In this document: piece after piece, positions 1 through 10,406 of the stretch | Numbering within the stretch: the stretch's first letter is position 1 | How the letters are laid out: the number at the start of each line of letters is the position of its first letter | Assembly (NCBI GenBank): GCA_963701295.1 | Contig: OY969585.1 | Span: 2,848,001 to 2,912,000 of the forward strand | Source of the DNA: Ignavibacteriota bacterium | GTDB taxonomy: Bacteria > Bacteroidota > Ignavibacteria > UBA10030 | Reading direction: 5' to 3' | Length of the DNA stretch: 64,000 bases | Program-made: the position numbers and the translations under genes | The notes under the pieces: model-generated | Told to the model about the DNA's origin: nothing | Seen by the model: only the letters and a program-made list of their open reading frames with translations | The model's database searches: none

Positions 1-1220
1 ACATCATAATAGAGCTGGCGGGCAGCCCAATAGCCGGTCCACAATTCCAAATCGCGTTGGACCGGTGCTGAATTCTGGAGGAGTTGTCTGCGACCTTCAC
101 GTGCAAGCAACTCATTCCCTACCAAATGTTTCACTTCCTCATTCAGCTCCATTTTGAATGAAAAACCTTCCAAAGATTTTGAAATAAAGTTTTCATAGCG
201 AAACATTTCGAGTAATTCTCCAAGCATCATGTTGCCACCAGTGATGGTAATGAATGTTGTGTCAAGATAAGGCTTCAGCCGATATATGAGAACGTCCACC
301 ATCTCCGACGTAATCATATACCCGCCGTCTCTCTGATAATATTTTGGCTCAATTTCTCTCCGCAACGCAATAATAGAATCTGCAAGTACATTGAAGATAT
401 TGGAATCAGCTACCGCATTCTTCGATGAAAGTACTGCAAGCGAATAACGTTCTCCTAGATCCTGTTCGTGTCGTTCTTTCAAGATTTTTTCGACTTTACG
501 GCTACGTTCCTCCAACGTCATCTCTCCTGATTCGAGATTCGTAACCTTATCGAGCAGATAGAGCACAGACCAACCGAGATTATGCGAATGGAATGGTTTA
601 GATACTCTGGAGGTACCAATAGAATAGGCAGCATTTTCGTATGCGGAATCCGGACCTCCAAAACGGATATTGATCGTATCGATCTCTGTAAACAGACCTC
701 TTGGCAATCCTTGAAGAATAGTCTTTGTTTTGTTTGCGCGAAGACGTTTTACGAGAACCTTGCCGCTAACTTCCGAACGAACAAGAAACGCAATAACTTT
801 GAGCTTCCATTCAAAACGGTGTATCCCTGCGATTACTTCTTCTGCAGTCGGCTTTGCATTAGTTTCAACCTCACGTTTAAAGAGCTCGTCACGGATAAAG
901 AGATTCTCGAGCTCGTGATGCATGAGTTTGGTGACTTTATCTTCAGACACACTTTTGCGTTTCGCTTCATTTGCAAGCACCTTTTCTGCAATTAAAGCCA
1001 ACAGCGCCTTCACCTTCACAGAGTCCATGTGAGATGGCTTATCTTTGCGGGGGAAAGGCATCAATTCGAGACGCTCGAGGAGATCGCGCGCTGTAATAGC
1101 GCTCATGCCTATTCGCGCTACAGTGTCTTGCGGTAATGCCGCTCGTTCCTGCGACCGTCCCGAAACATAAACAACAAAAGATATTGCAAGAATGATGGCT
1201 GCTCTATGAATCAGTTTCAT
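1..1220 (-). CDS. Exported SurA/PrsA-like peptidyl-prolyl isomerase/chaperone (partial, runs off window start)
   Basis: Manual translation from ATG at 1220 (MKLIHRAAIILAISFVVYVSG...QDTVARIGMSAITARDLLERLELMP...LIAEKVLANEAKRK...ELFKREV) stays open to position 1. Signal peptide and SurA-N-like helical pattern. Absent from the ORF track because no stop lies in the window. Confidence 0.65.
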   Translation of the reverse strand, partial: MKLIHRAAIILAISFVVYVSGRSQERAALPQDTVARIGMSAITARDLLERLELMPFPRKDKPSHMDSVKVKALLALIAEKVLANEAKRKSVSEDKVTKLMHHELENLFIRDELFKREVETNAKPTAEEVIAGIHRFEWKLKVIAFLVRSEVSGKVLVKRLRANKTKTILQGLPRGLFTEIDTINIRFGGPDSAYENAAYSIGTSRVSKPFHSHNLGWSVLYLLDKVTNLESGEMTLEERSRKVEKILKERHEQDLGERYSLAVLSSKNAVADSNIFNVLADSIIALRREIEPKYYQRDGGYMITSEMVDVLIYRLKPYLDTTFITITGGNMMLGELLEMFRYENFISKSLEGFSFKMELNEEVKHLVGNELLAREGRRQLLQNSAPVQRDLELWTGYWAARQLYYD

Positions 1221-1548
1221 CACAACCTATCTATGACTACATTCCGAACACAACGAGAATATAGAGATATGTAAAATCGCAGGATTATTTTTGTATTGGA
1301 AACGCAGTGACTTTTTATTTATTTTCGCTCATTTCCTCAGTAAGCATTCACATCCGAGAAGGTTTGTTTTTTTTCTTCGGATCATTCCGACACTGTCTCC
1401 AATTGCGATATAACAATATCATTCAAACAGGTATAAAATCCAAACATAAAAAAAAGAAATGAAAAAACAATAAGTGCTGCTGCATAATTCACACCTCAAA
1501 CACTTGTCAATTTCCTCACTGGGTTATTGTGTACTATGCAACTCGCCG

Positions 1549-4500
1549 TCAATTCCTACTTTGACTCAATTGTTTTCTATAAAGTACACCAAAATGGTTT
1601 TTCAATGTTGTAATTGGAGTAATAAACACATCTATTCTCAGAACTTCACCTTTCCGATTAAATATTGAAGCGCTCAGAGACTCGTCAAGGAAAAGTTCAC
1701 GAATCTCCCTTATGCTCCCATCACTTTTTGTAATGCGAATTTTTTCATCACGCGAAATATGGTAGATAATTGGAAGTTGGCAAAACGTAAATACTAGTGT
1801 GCCCTTTTCCAAGTCGATACTTTTTTCATTGCCATCAATAGGATAATAACAATAAGATTTTGGAGTTTTTAAGAATTCTTCCTCTCTTAAAAGGATAGGA
1901 CGGAAAGTAAGTTTGCCATTCTCAACAAGGACTCCCAATTCAACAAATCGCGAAATGATATCTTCTTTTACCTGACCACTCAATCCCGGTTGCTGAACTC
2001 CCATATTCCCCGGAGTATGGGAATAGGGATCTGTTGGAAAAGCTCCATAAATAGAGGGTGACTTATGAGCACCAATACCCTCGCAGATTTCATAATAATG
2101 ATTCATCAAACGTTTTTTAATAGCAGCGCTTTCGTTGTTCTCTCCTGCCCGAGTAACCACTTCCGTAACAGCAAGCAACAGTTTAGAAACCATATGCCAA
2201 TAGATGCAACCCAATCCTTCATATTTATAAAAAGTTCCTGAACGCCCGGTAAACGATTGATGATCAAACAGGCGCTCATAAATATCTAGAATGAGTTCCT
2301 TTTCTTTCTGTACAAAAGATTGATATTCGCCGCTTCGTAGATCTTCGAGGGCTGTTTTTAAAATGTCCGCATTCCGGAAATCACTATGAAAGTGTATCCC
2401 ACCATTCGGATCAATAATAATGATTTGTCGATTCCCATTTTCAATAAGCTTCTTCAAGAGGGCGGATTTTTCGAATTCTTTCTTTGGAATATTGTTTTTT
2501 TCTACAAATCGTGGCAGTTGTCTATCCGGATATAATAAGAAACTCGATTGATCTTTTCGATATAATGCACTTGCCCGAAGTGCCTCCAACACTTCTACAG
2601 AATCTGTTGCAGAAAGATAACCAGAGCTCAGAACTGCCACCTGCCCTTCGAGCATTTCATATAAATGACGAATAGATATTCCCTCTCCATTATCAACCTT
2701 CATCAGGTTGTACGCATGATAGAGATTGTCTTTACGCTTGTTCGCTTTAATGGTGTGGTCGGTGTGCTTTAACGAAAGATCAAAGAATTCTCTCAGCTCA
2801 GAAACGGTTACCTTCCTCCTTCTTTCAGAAAGACCTTTCGAATAGATTCTATTTCGATAGTTAGTTCCAGCTTGACCAAGTTTTTCAAGAACACCTTTTC
2901 GATCTTTATTGGAAATCGGTCCGTCCAATAAAGTCAGATGTGCTTTGAATGTTTCAGTAATCGCAGCGAATAACTGTGCCACTTCTTCCGATATTTGAAC
3001 TTCCGATATCTTTGAAGATTGGAATAGATCGCGGAATAATGCCAAATATCTTCGCAGATAGTAGAGGGTAACCATCGAGACTCCCGAACCCACCAAGGCA
3101 TTGTTAGCGTCATTCCAATCTGGACGTTGTGTATTCATCCAAATTCCAGCTTCAGGAATATAATTGCAAAGCTTCGCTAATATCGAAACAAGAATCTTTT
3201 CAGTTAAATTGACATGGATGATCTCTCCATGCTCGTTTGCGAGAAATTTTCCATCTGTTCCAAGCTGTTCCACGCGTTTCTCAATCTCACGCTCTAATGC
3301 CATATCAAAGTCAATTGTCTTCCGAGGATCTTTGATTAAATCAACATATGGTTTTATTCGATATGGGACATTTGCATAGGAGAAGATATCCTTTATCAGG
3401 AATTCATGAATCTTTCCGGGATGGTAATGAACCGAGATTTCCAACAGTTTCACCAGATAAATTATTTGATGATCACCCCAATATCCGATATACGACCAGG
3501 CATCATGAGGATCGAGCACCTCCCAATCGAACCCATCTCGCGTCACACGGTACGGATTATATCCATCGGCAGTGGATGCATTGACAAACTTTGTGATCAT
3601 CCCTTCGACATATCCGGGGAAACTCAACGCTAACGCTTCCCAATTCTGGAAAATATCACGCCAATTCCCCTGATAGTTCAACGCTTTTTTCCCGTGTTCA
3701 TCTTTAATTTCTATTGAGAAGATATTCCATGGACGGCTCGGATCACCATGACGCCGACTAAATGTGAGTGGCAGGTATTCATAACACAATTTTTCAAGAT
3801 CGACTGAATTGAGAGCAACTATCTTCGACAATAAATCGGGATGAGATATTTTTTCAGGAAGAGTCTGCAGGAAGCTGTTGTATGTTTCGGCTAAAAGATT
3901 ATTTGTGGTTTTTATGAAGGAAATAATATCATCTCTATCAACTGAGTAACCAGTATCGAAGAAACCACCTCGCATAACATTAAACAATACATTCGAATAA
4001 TGGCGAGAACAAGTCAGTGTATCTTCCGTCATTTGAAGACCATCAGCACTGGCAACGATCTTCACGAGGCTATCTGTACCATTTATAACATCATCCATGA
4101 GTTGTTTGGGAATGTTTCTCCCTTTTTTAATCAATTCAGATAGAGCAGCAACATCAGACCCATCTTGATTGACATCGGCAACTATGAACCATTCCTTCTC
4201 TTCCCCTTTAGTCAAAGCAAATTCTGCGTCAATGAAATATGCACCTCGTGAAGCTCTGATATCGGTTTCTTGTTTGACGGGCAAACCTTTTTTGAATGCA
4301 TCCAATTGCAGAGACGAGACAAGCCTCTTAGAACTCTTTAATCCAACGGACCAAACTGTAGTTGCTTTCAAGGCCTCGCTTGGCTCAGCTCTGTCTACAG
4401 GAATTGAGCTGAGTAGAAAAAGCCCCAATCCAGAATCCGTTTGCAATTCATTTTTCTTATAACCATCAACAAGTGTACTATATTCCAACTGGAATCTTCG

Positions 4501-5072
4501 ATTTAGTCCAGAAGGAAGCAGGTTCTGTATTCCATCCAATATCTTTATTTCTATTGGACCACGATTATGGTTCTCAATGTGGGATCGTTTGATGAAACCG
4601 TACTTTTCACTGTTGAACCAGGCATATCGGAATGTCACACGTAAGTCGTGATTGATTTCTTCATAAATCAATTTATTGCCAAAGACATTTTTGTACAAAT
4701 TTCTTTCTAGTTCGATAGATAGCGTCATAATTCTGAGAAAATGGTTCCCATAAATATGTTTTTTCCTTTTTAGTAAGAAAGAGAATAGTCTTGCTGCCGG
4801 TGTTCTCTTTCGAATCATGAATTCTATCGTCAGTATAGTAGGGGAAAAGAGCGTTGTCTGGGTTTTTGCGTCCCGCGGTGAGCCCTCCATTGCTTGAGAT
4901 GAACATCCAATGATCTGACGAACTGACAATGCTCATGAAAAACGGAGGCATCTGATCATAATTAGAAATTTTATAAAATTTCTCTCCCTTGAGGTCGACA
5001 TAGTTGCCCACAACATGACGCTTCTCGACATTTCAGATCAGTTTTGCCAACAAAAATAGATTTTCGCTTCAT
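1549..5072 (-). CDS. GH149-family beta-1,3-glucan phosphorylase (two apparent +1 frameshifts at ~5032 and ~4711)
   Basis: Motifs MSIVSSSDHWMFISSNGGLTAGR (ORF 4673..5011) and FSRRHGDPSRPWN, YQGNWRDIFQNWEAL, GYWGDHQIIYL, WMNTQRPDWNDANNAL, YEGLGCIYWHMVSKL, PTDPYSHTP (ORF 1549..4929). Removing one base at each site joins MKRKSIFVGKTDL-VEKRHVVGNYVDL...YDAIYR-LERNLYKN into one protein with no signal peptide. Confidence 0.85.
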
Positions 5073-5133
5073 TTCATATACATCCTGTACAGCACAACCT
5101 TAGTAGTTGCCAAAAACGGAGTGGTTCGTTCCT

Positions 5134-6120
5134 TCATTTCTTGTCTTCATAACTCGGAGACGTCGGTCCACTTGGCATTAGCTCCGGGTACCACCGCTGC
5201 ATCGCTAATTTCGCCTCCCGTTTTACAGAAAACATGCCCCAATGTCCCTCAGTGCCATTTCCTTTCCATGGTTCGTCAAAGGCTTCAAAGAAGAACAATG
5301 TGACTTTGTTTTTCTGTGCCCAAGTGTTGAGTTCTTCGAAGTAACGCTTCTGTTTTTTCTCGTCGCCTGCCCTTGGTGCATGCATATTACCGACTGTATA
5401 TGTTGCCCACCCGGCTTCGCCAATAACAACGGGTTTATTGGGAACAGCTGCTTTCACCATATCGAATAACCTTACAGTGACAGCAAATCCGCTATCGATA
5501 TCGTGTTTTCCCCACAGAGGATACATATGCGTAGCAACAAAATCAACTTCGTTTGCCAATTTTGATCCCCTTTTAGTCCAGAACATGAAATCATCATCCA
5601 CCGTCACGGGTACATGAACAGCGGCCTTGACCTGTTTGACGTACTGAATAACCTTATCTTCGGGTACTTTGTGATCAGACCAATCAACAAGAATCTCATT
5701 GCCAACACTGACAGCGATAACAATATCTTTGTACTCGTTAGCAAGGCGAATGCACTCTGCAATTTGTTTGGCATTGTTTGCCTCGTTGCCAGGCTCAGCA
5801 CTAAGCCATGCACCCAACATCACGTTAAGATGGATTTTCTCCCTTCGAATTACTTCCAGGATGTCTCTACTGTGCTGATCAGAACCGTATGTACGAATCA
5901 GTATCCAATGCTTTTGCAATATCTTGAAATCTTCAAGAATCTGTGTTTGAGAAGGACATTTGTTGGAATCAGGGTTTTGACCCTCTCGATATCCGGAATA
6001 ACAGATTGCATTACCAAACCATTGTTGTTGGGTTAAATCAATTTTTGTATCGTCATCCTTCTGACCTAATAGAATAGCCGAAATACAAATTAGCATTGCC
6101 AAATAATATTTAAGGAGCAT
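5134..6120 (-). CDS. GH17-family beta-1,3-glucanase/glucosidase, exported
   Basis: Signal peptide; motifs CYSGYREGQ, IRTY, VSVGNE (acid/base), IGEAGW (nucleophile), FEAFDEPWK, EGHWG. Confidence 0.85.
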   Translation of the reverse strand: MLLKYYLAMLICISAILLGQKDDDTKIDLTQQQWFGNAICYSGYREGQNPDSNKCPSQTQILEDFKILQKHWILIRTYGSDQHSRDILEVIRREKIHLNVMLGAWLSAEPGNEANNAKQIAECIRLANEYKDIVIAVSVGNEILVDWSDHKVPEDKVIQYVKQVKAAVHVPVTVDDDFMFWTKRGSKLANEVDFVATHMYPLWGKHDIDSGFAVTVRLFDMVKAAVPNKPVVIGEAGWATYTVGNMHAPRAGDEKKQKRYFEELNTWAQKNKVTLFFFEAFDEPWKGNGTEGHWGMFSVKREAKLAMQRWYPELMPSGPTSPSYEDKK

Positions 6121-6147
6121 TCTCGTTTTTACAGCTCGCCTTTATGC

Positions 6148-7498
6148 TTATTCTTTTTTTCTAGCAGATAGATCCTGTTCAATTTTTTCCATCATCTTGT
6201 TCATCTAACACATAGAACCACACTGCAGCAGCAGCTAAGAGACCGGCAATAGCAGGAATAATACTCATCATCAAGCGAATACCGTCTTGTGCCCCTTCAG
6301 TTTGCACAACATTTGCGATAAAGCCGAAATATGCCAATAACCATCCGGTGAAAGCACCGCCAATGGCCCAACCTAATTTTTGAGCAAACGTTGCCGCAGA
6401 AAAAACCAGGCCTGTTGCACGCCTGCCCGATTTCCATTCCGAATAATCTGCAGTATCTGCGTACATAGCCCAAATTAAAGGAGCTGTCGGCCCCAGAATA
6501 AATGAAATGAGAATATGGGAGGCAAAGACGAGTACAATGTTTTCCTTAGGTATGAAATAGAAAAAGATTGTAAGAATGCTGACAATCAACCATAAGACCA
6601 TATAGAGAGTACGTTTCCCAAGCAGCTTTGATAAATACTTCGTTATCATGACTCCGGCGATGGCGGCGATGGTACCGCTTACCATAAAAGCGGAAGTGAG
6701 GATTTCATTACCCACATAGTACTTGAAATAATATATAATCGATCCGGAACGAATGGAATTATAAGAAAGCGCAAATATACCAATGAAGAATAGGACTATC
6801 CACGGCCGGTTGTGAAGAAGGTCCCGCAGATCGTTTTTAATCGATGTTTTTTGATCTTTAGGCGGATGAACTCTTTCCCGAGTGTTCAAAAAAGTAATAA
6901 TAAAGAGAGCGACAGCCACAGCAGAAAACACTACCATCGTCCATTGGAATCCAGTCGCCTGATCTCCTTTCCCAAAATAGTGTACCAGCGGAAGAGTTGT
7001 ACCTTGAACAATAAATATCGCAACAAAGGCAAGAACAAATCTATACGAAGAGACACTTGTTCTTTCTAATGAATTGGGCGTTAGGACTCCCATCAACGCC
7101 GAATAGGGAGTATTGATTGCAGTATAGGCCGCCATCATAAGTGTGCTGGTAATATAGGCATAGATTATTTTTCCACTTATACTGAGGTTGGGAGTTGTAA
7201 ATGTGAGCACACCTATAATACCGATTGGTAATGCCATCCAGAGAAGATAGGGACGGAATTTCCCCCACTTTGTATTGGTCCTATCCGCGATCACACCCAT
7301 AATTGGATCAATACCTGTATCCCATATCCTTGTTACCAGCAACATCGTTCCTGCTGCTGCCGCAGAAATACCGAACACATCAGTATAGAAAAATAGGATA
7401 AAACTCATAAACATCTGCCAATAGAAGTTTGAGGCTGTATCACCAAGCCCATAACCGATTTTTTCCTTTATCGAAAGCTTTTGCGAATCATTGTTCAT
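6148..7498 (-). CDS. MFS glycoside-pentoside-hexuronide (GPH) cation symporter (apparent +1 frameshift ~6200 in the C-terminal tail)
   Basis: EKIGYGLGD, FFYTDVFGI, DPIMGVIADRTNTKWGKFRPY, WAMYADTADYSEWK. The shifted frame restores the tail KMMEKIEQDLSARKKE* ending at 6148. Confidence 0.9.
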
Positions 7499-7564
7499 TA
7501 CGATCTCCAATTATAGGGTGATGAGGAATATTTTCTTTTTAGATTTCTCGTTTAATAAGAAAGG

Positions 7565-9067
7565 TTACTCAATAATTACAGTCTGAAGAGCATTACCAAT
7601 AATTTTTATTGAAACGGATTTATTCCCAAGCAGAACAGTATATTCCACCGGATCATCTTTTTGATTGAGAAGGGCGATCGCAATCGTTCCATCTGGATTC
7701 TTACACGATGTGATCATCAAATCTTTTAATTCTGATGATACACCTATTCTATAAGCCCCCGGTCTAAAATATTTACTAAAGTGCTCCATAACATAAAAGA
7801 GCGGAGTATAATAGACTTCATCTGTTTCTGGTTTTGCTATTACAGGCGCAATACACCAATTCTTAGCGTGATTCGGACCACCTTGAGTATCTAACACCAT
7901 ATTCCAATCAATCCAACCGACCAACCAACTATTCAGTCCGCCAATAATATCACGCGCGTATCGAAAGACCGGAACATATTTGGGATGAAGCGGTTTATCT
8001 GCCTCTGCAGCATACTGATACCCCCAATCCTTTGCTTCCTTTTCCCAATACCATTTATCATCCTGCCAGCGTGGAATCTCAGAATCAATGCATCCTTCGG
8101 TATTCAAAATTTTCTTATCTGGAAATCTTTGATGGACGTAATTCAGCACATCTGGATACCATTCAATGGTACTGCTGTACCAGTGCACAGCAGTTCCCCA
8201 TACATTTTTCACGATTTCAGGATCGCTCAGAAGTGTATCAACCCACGGTTTCACATTATCACGATTGTGATCGTAAATGAGAATCTTTGTATTTATATTA
8301 TCTCTTTGAAACTGCGGAACAAGATAGTTTTTGATAAACTCTCTCATACTAGCAGGCGTGAATATCATTGTTTCCCAATGTCCGTTATTATTTTCGGGTT
8401 CGTTTTCAACCGTTATTGCCCAAATGTTTATCCCTTGTTTTGCGTATTCATGCAAATATTTGCTGAAGTACAAAGCCCAAGTAGAATAATATTCAGGGAG
8501 TAAAAATCCATCATTCCAGCCCCGATTGTCCTTCATCCAGGGTGGAGCTGTCCATGGCGATGCAAGAATCTTGAAGTTCGCTCCTTCACATTTCATGGCA
8601 TCTTTAATCAACGGGATTATATCTTCCAAATCTCTCGCAATGCTAAAATATTTTAATTCTTTATCACCAGGGATATTAGCATATGCGTAATTCATTGTTG
8701 AGAAATCGCAGCTATTTATATGCGTCCGCGTTAGTGTATATTCTGCTTTATCAGATCGAAAATATGCATCAATAACCTCTTTTCTCTCTTTCGGACTCAG
8801 TTTGTTCAGTACATACGCCGAGGATTGTGTAAACGCACCTCCAAACCCTTCGATCTGCTGGTATAAGGTATCAGGAGATAAGGTGATAATCGGGAGTCTT
8901 GTTTCCTTTGAGGTGAGCAGTGAAAGCGATTCCTTGAGTGCCATTTTATCGCCGCTCTTTGAGGTTTGATACACTTTTGCTGTTTTGTATTCTTTCATTT
9001 GAATATTCTGGCTATTTGCAGGCACTGTGAGTAAACACCATAACAAAATTACGACTATCGCTTTCAT
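7565..9067 (-). CDS. GH30-family glycoside hydrolase (probable beta-1,6-glucosidase/debranching enzyme), exported
   Basis: Signal peptide MKAIVVILLWC; GFGGAFT, RTHINSCDFS, ASPWTAPPWMK, VENEP, AVHWY, TEGC, GWIDWN, HFSKYFRPGA. Confidence 0.88.
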   Translation of the reverse strand: MKAIVVILLWCLLTVPANSQNIQMKEYKTAKVYQTSKSGDKMALKESLSLLTSKETRLPIITLSPDTLYQQIEGFGGAFTQSSAYVLNKLSPKERKEVIDAYFRSDKAEYTLTRTHINSCDFSTMNYAYANIPGDKELKYFSIARDLEDIIPLIKDAMKCEGANFKILASPWTAPPWMKDNRGWNDGFLLPEYYSTWALYFSKYLHEYAKQGINIWAITVENEPENNNGHWETMIFTPASMREFIKNYLVPQFQRDNINTKILIYDHNRDNVKPWVDTLLSDPEIVKNVWGTAVHWYSSTIEWYPDVLNYVHQRFPDKKILNTEGCIDSEIPRWQDDKWYWEKEAKDWGYQYAAEADKPLHPKYVPVFRYARDIIGGLNSWLVGWIDWNMVLDTQGGPNHAKNWCIAPVIAKPETDEVYYTPLFYVMEHFSKYFRPGAYRIGVSSELKDLMITSCKNPDGTIAIALLNQKDDPVEYTVLLGNKSVSIKIIGNALQTVIIE

Positions 9068-9297
9068 TGAGTATCCTTTTTTGAGATAAATAAGTTTTTG
9101 CATTGCTGAACGAAATGATCATTCGATAGTATAGTAATACACTCCGGAAGAAAAATAGGTGCTTGTCTTGGTGCGAGCGTTCCTTCCTTACCCGGTGCTT
9201 TTGTACGATACTCTGCACCTTTGTAAGGTTTCTGTGCTGTTGGGATGTACGCACAAACCGATAGAACCGAAAGTGATATAAAGAATTGTTTTTTCAA
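9064..9297 (-). pseudogene. Short remnant resembling the N-terminus of a secreted GH16 beta-glucanase
   Basis: GGAGG at 9305-9301, TTG start, signal peptide, then KPYKGAEYRTK-APGKEGTLA, like the start of lichenase-type GH16 proteins with internal deletions. No catalytic motif follows. Confidence 0.4.
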
Positions 9298-9372
9298 TAA
9301 CCTCCGGCGCATATTCTTAAAACTAGTTTTTCTCTTTAGTCCCAAATACTATATGCACCATTTCGTTGACTT

Positions 9373-10398
9373 TCAGAAAATTATACCTAAATCAATTTTC
9401 TGCACATACTTAAGACGGCCAAAATCCTGGTACGCGTAATCAAATGTAAATTGCAGATTACCAATCAGAAATTGCTTTACGCCCATACCGAGCGTGAGTC
9501 CTTCTTCTGAATCTTTTTGAAAGAGCGATTTCATTCCTGCTCTGAGATACAGAAAATCATAAAAAACGTACTCGCCTCCGACATTCATGCACTCGTAGTT
9601 ATCACTCGGATGCATTGCATCAGCTGCGAGCGTCATTTTTCCCAGTACGCCAATCGGAACATCATAGGAAATACCAACTCGGAAATTCAATGGTAAATCC
9701 CATTGGTCCGTTGCCAGATATGCCGGTATATTGCCGTTATTGCCTGTCGTTGACAAATCGGGGTCGTAAGAAACCAATGCATTTTCACCTTGTATTTGCA
9801 TCTTCGAGCCGAAGTTGGATATTGACATTCCAAGTATGATACCTTTAAATGGCGTTATGTATTTCACACCCATGTCAATTGCAATCGCACTTGCACTCAT
9901 TTTCCAAATTTGTTGATAGATAATCTTCGGAGTGAATCCTATCGAAAACGCATCAGTCAATTTCAAACCATATGTCAAACCTACAGCAAGGTCGGTAACG
10001 CTAAAAACTTCACCTGTTCCATCTTGTTGGTCGACTGTGGTCACCTTCATGTCTCCATAGTTAGAAACCGTAATATTCAAACCCAGAGCACCGTATGAAC
10101 CGAGAGATGTGGTAACACCGATGTACTCGTATTGAAGATCAGCAATCCAACTTGTATGGTCAATTAGCACTTGTATTCCTTGCAAATCAGCTATTCCTGC
10201 AGGGTTCCAATACATCGCACTTGGATCGTCCGCAATTGCTACAAAGGCGCCTCCCATGCCAAGGGCCCGCGCACCTTGCGCAATGGATAGAAATGGTGCA
10301 GCTGTGGTACCGCGTTTTGAGACGTCGCTCGTTTGTGCGGTTGTAAGCGCGCTGTAGAAGAAGATCAGTATTAGAATGCATTCAATTCTCATTTTCAT
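9373..10398 (-). CDS. PorV/PorQ (UPF0164)-family outer-membrane beta-barrel, copy B
   Basis: GTTAAPFLSIAQGARALGMGGAFVAIADDPSAMYWNPAG signature, amphipathic strands, FDYAY, terminal Phe. Translationally coupled to the upstream gene. Confidence 0.85.
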   Translation of the reverse strand: MKMRIECILILIFFYSALTTAQTSDVSKRGTTAAPFLSIAQGARALGMGGAFVAIADDPSAMYWNPAGIADLQGIQVLIDHTSWIADLQYEYIGVTTSLGSYGALGLNITVSNYGDMKVTTVDQQDGTGEVFSVTDLAVGLTYGLKLTDAFSIGFTPKIIYQQIWKMSASAIAIDMGVKYITPFKGIILGMSISNFGSKMQIQGENALVSYDPDLSTTGNNGNIPAYLATDQWDLPLNFRVGISYDVPIGVLGKMTLAADAMHPSDNYECMNVGGEYVFYDFLYLRAGMKSLFQKDSEEGLTLGMGVKQFLIGNLQFTFDYAYQDFGRLKYVQKIDLGIIF

Positions 10399-10406
10399 AA
10401 AATACC

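Noticed and set aside
582-995. Plus-strand ORFs at the window start
   Set aside because: Antisense to a long uninterrupted minus-strand gene (1..1220).
1349-1382. Possible terminator hairpin after GH149
   Set aside because: Imperfect stem, long loop and no properly placed U-tract.
4673-5072. Programmed ribosomal frameshifting in GH149 and the other split genes
   Set aside because: No slippery heptamer with a stimulator is apparent, and the breaks are scattered and of mixed sign, as expected for sequencing indels.
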